Source: Selaginella moellendorffii
Taxonomy: Eukaryota; Plantae; Lycopodiophyta
DNA length: 64,000 nucleotides
Assembly (NCBI RefSeq): GCF_000143415.4
Contig: NW_003314360.1
Coordinates: 550,595-614,594, forward strand
Direction: 5' to 3'
Shown: positions 62,740-64,000 of the stretch, piece after piece
Layout of the letters: each line of letters opens with the position of its first letter
Position numbering within the stretch: position 1 is the stretch's first letter
Made by a program: the position numbers and the translations under genes
The notes under the pieces: generated by a model
What the model saw: the letters and a program-made list of their open reading frames with translations, nothing else
Database searches by the model: none
What the model was told of the DNA's origin: nothing

Positions 62740-64000
62740 GATGGCTTCCAGCCGGTCCTCCCTTGAACAGTAGGAATGGCAGTCAGGTGGATTCCGCCTA
62801 AGCGGGAATTAAGTTCCATAGAGGTGGGAGATTGGCTGATGTGCTGCGGGAACACAGCCTTCCCAGAGGTCGTCACCATTGGAGACTACCAAACATGCAT
62901 GGAGAGTGCTATCACTGAGTGGATGGGCTTTGTGAAATACACTGTCCAAGGCTTCTCCTGGACAAAGTACAGGGGGAAGATGACTACAGTGTGGACCATC
63001 TCCACAGAATGGAGGGCGAGACCCCGTAACTCCGCACTTTCTTGGAAGTACGTGGCTCCATGACAACACTCACGATCATCACCTGGAACTGCCAGGGACT
63101 CAGCTGGACCAGCAGTCAACTCAACAACAGGGCGCAGCTCAAGTCCCACATCCGTGAGATCAGCTTAGAAGGAGACATCGACATCCTGTGCCTACAAGAG
63201 CACAAAATGACAGTGGCCCCAAACTACACCTTTGGAATGAGGGGATGACTCTGGTTGAACCCGGCTATGCAAGTAGTGGCCAGACCAAGAGGTGGCACAG
63301 CAGTGGTAGTCTCAACCAAATGGTCTGCCCAGGTACGAAACCACCTTGTCTTGGTCCCAGGAAAGGCTCAGCTGCTCGTCCTGCACCTCCACTTTGGATG
63401 GGTGGGGATAATCAATGTTTATGCACCAACGAAGAAAGGGAGACATGCAGAATTTTGGCTGAGCATGTTACAGTCTGCCCAGGGGCAAGCAGATGAATGG
63501 CTGGTCCTGGGAGACTTCAACATGGTCGAGGACATCTGTGATCGCAGAGGAATGCAGGAAACAATTCAGCCAAGTGAGCAGGAGCAGTGGAGTCAGCTCA
63601 TGGATGTGTTGGGGCTCATGGACCTTCAACATGCTGCGGGATTCGCACCTCATGCTCACCCTTTTACAAGGCGGCAAACAGTTTCCTCCCAGTCGAGACT
63701 GGACCGGATTTACACCTCATCTCGCATACGGCAGGATGGGGGAAGCCTTAAAACATGGCTCGGATTTGCCTCCTCAGATCACGACCCCCTCAAATGTGTG
63801 ATCTAGCTCCAAAGGGACAAAGGGACAGCAGTCCAGCGATCAATCACTTGAGCCACGCTGCGAGACCCGGTGGCAATCGGGCTTATACATGACGCTCTTG
63901 TGCAGAGCAAGATGGGGCTGATCCCAATGCTCCTGTCTTGCTCACAGAAGCTCCGGGCACGCCAGAAGGATCTCAAAGAAGCGGCGATGAAGGACCTTAG
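62740..64000 (+). mobile_element. LINE putative ORF1 3' end plus ORF2 AP-endonuclease, opposite orientation to the RT part; runs off the window
   Basis: ITWNCQGL, LCLQEHK, NVYAP, LGDFN, SRLDRIY, SDHDP; ATGA stop/start overlap at 63060-63063. Confidence 0.9.

Overview
This is eukaryotic plant nuclear DNA, most likely from the lycophyte Selaginella. That is inferred from the very short introns (mostly 45-75 nt), the extreme gene packing and the short-motif PLS-type PPR genes. About 1-24,600 is a dense gene block: SPX, Lhcb6, three PPR genes plus PPR debris, a Dabb barrel protein, an NST1-like/U-box fusion, a PRORP-like gene, nsLTP, fructokinase, a KirBac-like channel, a small basic protein, STN1 and a CIPK. 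About 24,600-64,000 is mostly transposons. It holds gypsy and copia remnants, a 1.1-kb TA/TACA microsatellite, a non-coding LTR family nested three times antisense into itself, a structurally complete but disabled gypsy element inside a lipase pseudogene, intron-bearing gene fragments and a LINE with an inverted 5' part. Best leads: (1) a 10-exon KirBac-like channel whose filter reads TFGGS instead of TVGYG; (2) a PRORP paralogue lacking the PPR arm and catalytic aspartates but keeping its zinc ligands; (3) three consecutive genes 24-41 bp apart, each with TAGGGTT just before the ATG; (4) a U-box fused to an NST1-like membrane/zinc-finger protein. Exon models and family assignments were made by eye against remembered sequences, without database searches.
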